Below are positions 61,406 through 64,000 of a stretch of 64,000 nt of DNA, piece by piece (position 1 is the first letter of the stretch; the number at the start of each line of letters is the position of its first letter). The notes below the pieces were generated by a model. That model was not told the origin of the DNA. It saw only the letters and a list, made by a program, of their open reading frames with translations, and did no database searches. The DNA is from an uncultured Chloroflexia bacterium (lineage in GTDB: Bacteria > Chloroflexota > Chloroflexia > QHBQ01 > JADMIH01). The stretch spans positions 64,001 to 128,000 of the forward strand of contig CAWCNY010000003.1 of NCBI GenBank assembly GCA_963797095.1. The letters are read 5' to 3'. The position numbers and the translations under genes are program-made.

Positions 61406-62437
61406 GTGGATATTCAGAGGTCAGATGACTACAAGGGTCTTCTACAGGCGCTCAAGGAACGTGTAGCCCAGGCGCAACTCGCCGCCTTGAAAGCGGTAAA
61501 CCGCGAACTTGTCGCTTTATACTGGGACATTGGCCGCACAGTAGTTGAAAAGCAAGAGCAGTATGGATGGGGCGAGGGTATCATTGACCGGCTAGCTGGC
61601 GATCTCCAAAGTGAGTTCGCTGGTGTCCGAGGATTTTCGCCACGCAACCTGCGTAATATGCGCCGCTACTACCTGACCTACAAGGACGAACCAAATTTGC
61701 AGACAGTGTCTGCCAAATTACCCTGGTCTCACAACACCCTCATCATCGAGCAGTGCAAAGATAACAAGCAAAGGCTTTATTACCTGGACATTGCCGACAA
61801 ACTGCATTTGTCATATCGTGCTTTGGAAAGACAGGTGCACGGGGGTGAGTATGAGCGGTATTTGCTCAACCAAACTAACTTTCCGCAGACCCTATCGCCT
61901 ACGCAAGCCGAACAGGCGCTGCTGGCCGTCAAGGACGACTACAATCTCGATTTCTTGGGCCTTTCAGAGGAACATACCGAGCGCGAACTCGAAGAGGCGC
62001 TGGTACACAACATCACCAAGGTTTTGCAAGAAATGGGCGGGTACTTTGCCTTCGTGGGCCGCCAAGTGCGTTTAGAGGTGAATGGCCAGGAATATTTCGT
62101 GGATCTCCTCTTCTATCACCGCAAACTCAGATGCCTGGTAGCAGTGGAGTTGAAGGCTGGCCCTTTTCAGCCGGAGCACGCGGGCAAGATGCAGTTCTAC
62201 CTGTCGGCGCTCGACGACCAGGTCCGGCTCGAAGATGAAAACACCTCCATCGGCATCATTGTGGCGCGAAGCAAGGACAGAACGGTGGTTGAGTACACTT
62301 TGAGAGGCGAGAGCCAGCCGATAGGAGTTGCAAGCTATAATCAATACGAGAATTTGGATGGCATGCCAGAGCGCATATCCAAGTATCTGCCTTCCCCCTC
62401 CGAGATTGTCGAAAAGCTCGACGAGCTACCGCAATAG
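61406..62437 (+). CDS. yhcG: YhcG/DUF1016 PD-(D/E)xK nuclease-domain protein
   Basis: LYWDIG, GFSPRNL..MR, LPWSHN, KDDYNLDFL, FAFVGRQ, DLLFYHRKLRCLVAVELK. Confidence 0.9.
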   Translation: MDIQRSDDYKGLLQALKERVAQAQLAALKAVNRELVALYWDIGRTVVEKQEQYGWGEGIIDRLAGDLQSEFAGVRGFSPRNLRNMRRYYLTYKDEPNLQTVSAKLPWSHNTLIIEQCKDNKQRLYYLDIADKLHLSYRALERQVHGGEYERYLLNQTNFPQTLSPTQAEQALLAVKDDYNLDFLGLSEEHTERELEEALVHNITKVLQEMGGYFAFVGRQVRLEVNGQEYFVDLLFYHRKLRCLVAVELKAGPFQPEHAGKMQFYLSALDDQVRLEDENTSIGIIVARSKDRTVVEYTLRGESQPIGVASYNQYENLDGMPERISKYLPSPSEIVEKLDELPQ

Positions 62438-62543
62438 GCTGTGCTGTCCATCTAGGTATCCGAACTTGAAAACGCCCATGAAAAGCTGCGGATGACGTAT
62501 GTAGCCATGGCAGGCACCAAGCGGTGATGACTGGAGGTGGTTT

Positions 62544-62768
62544 GTGATGATTGAGGACGCTTCTCAATCTAATTACGAACGTGTGTATGCTATTGTACGT
62601 GTCGACTTATTTCACGGTACGGATACTTCACCCGAGAACAAGATTACGGTGAAGAAGATAGTGAGGACTCCAGAGCATGCTGCACAAGAAGTCGATCGTC
62701 TCAACAACCTAAAGAGTGCTAATAAGTCAATATACTTCTGGCAGGTTACGCGAATGGAGCGTGAGTAA
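62544..62768 (+). CDS. Small hypothetical protein
   Basis: 74-aa ORF with GGAGGTG RBS. Confidence 0.5.
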   Translation: MMIEDASQSNYERVYAIVRVDLFHGTDTSPENKITVKKIVRTPEHAAQEVDRLNNLKSANKSIYFWQVTRMERE

Positions 62769-62850
62769 AATATGAATTTAGGAAGCCCAACTTATATGCA
62801 AGTGTCAAGAGTTGGGATGCGCGAACTCCTTAAAGTACTCCCCATTGTCA

Positions 62851-63850
62851 GGTTCATCGTCACTTTAGGTGAAGGCGGGTAGCCAGATTAGGCCGCGTCC
62901 AGTACACGCCTCTGCAACAGGTCGAACTTTGCCCGCCCATACATTTCGCGCTTTTTCAGCTTCAGCCGGTTCACCTGTCCCTCCGTCTGTCCATTGCTCC
63001 ATTGCTCAGTCAGCCCTGCCACTACAGCAGCTTTGTCTCGCTCTATCCCTTGGGCGAAGTTGTGCAGGTCTATCAGCTTGCTTGATTTAGCTCGGCTCAA
63101 CCAGCCATCCAACTGCTCTTCGTTGCCCGTCCTCTCACGTACCATACTCAGGAATTCCTGCACCAATGGGTATGCGATGGCGATGTCCTGGCTCACCCGC
63201 TTCAACTGCATGAGTGCTGCCTGCTCCACCATGCTCAGGCTCTGCCCCTCTCTGATCAGAAAGTAGCTGAACTGCACCGAGGACGGGATGCGTTCCTCCT
63301 TCTCTTTGCCCTGCTTCTCCTTGCCCTGCTTCTCCTTGCCCTGCTGCCCTTGCTTCGCACGATCGCCCGCAGTGCTTGCCCCATTTGCGTCGTTTACCTG
63401 CGGCTGTAGAGCCTCTGAATACTCCGATGAATACTTCGAGTACTCGGAGTGCTTTCGGTATTTGCGCGGACCCGTCTTGGCCGGCTCCCGCCGCCGCTGT
63501 GCTACCCAGGTGGCCACCATCTTGCGTGAGCCACTATACCCTCGTTCTCGCAGTTCCCGCAAAAGCTGGGCTGCGTTCTCACACCCGTCCTGCCATCGCC
63601 GGTACAGGTATGGCAGGTAAGCATCGAGCATGCTGGGCTTGCTGCGTGGTTGACCCCTTATCGGAGCTTGGTCACTACGCAAGTAGTGGTAAACGGTGCC
63701 CCGGCTCATTCCTAGTTGCCTGGCGATGCCACGAATGCTCTCTCCACTGGCATACAAGGCATTCACTTTTGCATACCGCTCCTGCCGTTCGGCCCTGTGC
63801 AACTGCCGCCCGAGTGTTTCAGATTGGGAACGTCGTGCTGGCCGCCGCAT
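62851..63850 (-). pseudogene. ISL3-family transposase, 3' half, with its right end
   Basis: WSNGQTEGQVNRLK..KR.MYGRA.FDLL; ISL3-type end ...GATGAACC at 62851; N-terminal half missing. Confidence 0.85.
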
Positions 63851-64000
63851 GGGAGTGAAAGCGCAGCACCTGCAGCAGCAAAGGGACCATGCGGCGGTAG
63901 TGAGTGCCGTAGCTGCGGCGCATGACTGTGTGCACCTGTGCCTTGTACGGTCGACCGGTCGATTTGTGCTCCCGAACCAGGTCGCGCAGCTTCTGCTCGC
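63851..64000 (-). pseudogene. tnpA: Fragment of a third Tn3-family transposase
   Basis: Translates EQKLRDLVREHK...MRRSYGTHYRRMVPLLLQVLRFHS, homologous to [24 protein letters not shown] in 18817-21825; homology stops at the ISL3 junction. Confidence 0.8.

Overview
Accessory, mobile-element-rich 64 kb region, probably from a Chloroflexota (inferred from Pro/Thr-linker surface proteins, SLH-like tails and a 'FPETxxxVCGxFLxYWxxHGG...VQYFERA' module). Left to right: (1) a >1600-aa SF2 helicase running off the left edge; (2) a plasmid/IME-type backbone with a tandem-wHTH Rep containing iterons, a predicted antisense ctRNA, two Replic_Relax-like genes and a VirD4 coupling protein; (3) a Tn3-family transposon (TnpA + tyrosine recombinase, 38-bp IRs) around secreted beta-propeller cargo; (4) two diverged, tail-to-tail copies of an unusual TGT...ACA transposon encoding tyrosine recombinase + TnsB-like DDE transposase + TnsC-like ATPase + a catalytically dead TnsB paralogue; (5) a candidate new peptide signalling/RiPP locus: XRE-STAND-TPR regulator, an unannotated 25-aa precursor, a PaaK-like adenylating enzyme and a presenilin-like GxGD protease, with two matching four-repeat operators, the second ahead of a large FG-GAP/SLH surface protein; (6) a group II twintron whose inner intron base-pairs with the YADD codons of the outer intron's RT; (7) an rve IS, a complete Tn3-family element with non-GGGG ends, YhcG and truncated ISL3/Tn3 remnants. 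All family calls come from motif recognition by eye; no database searches were run.
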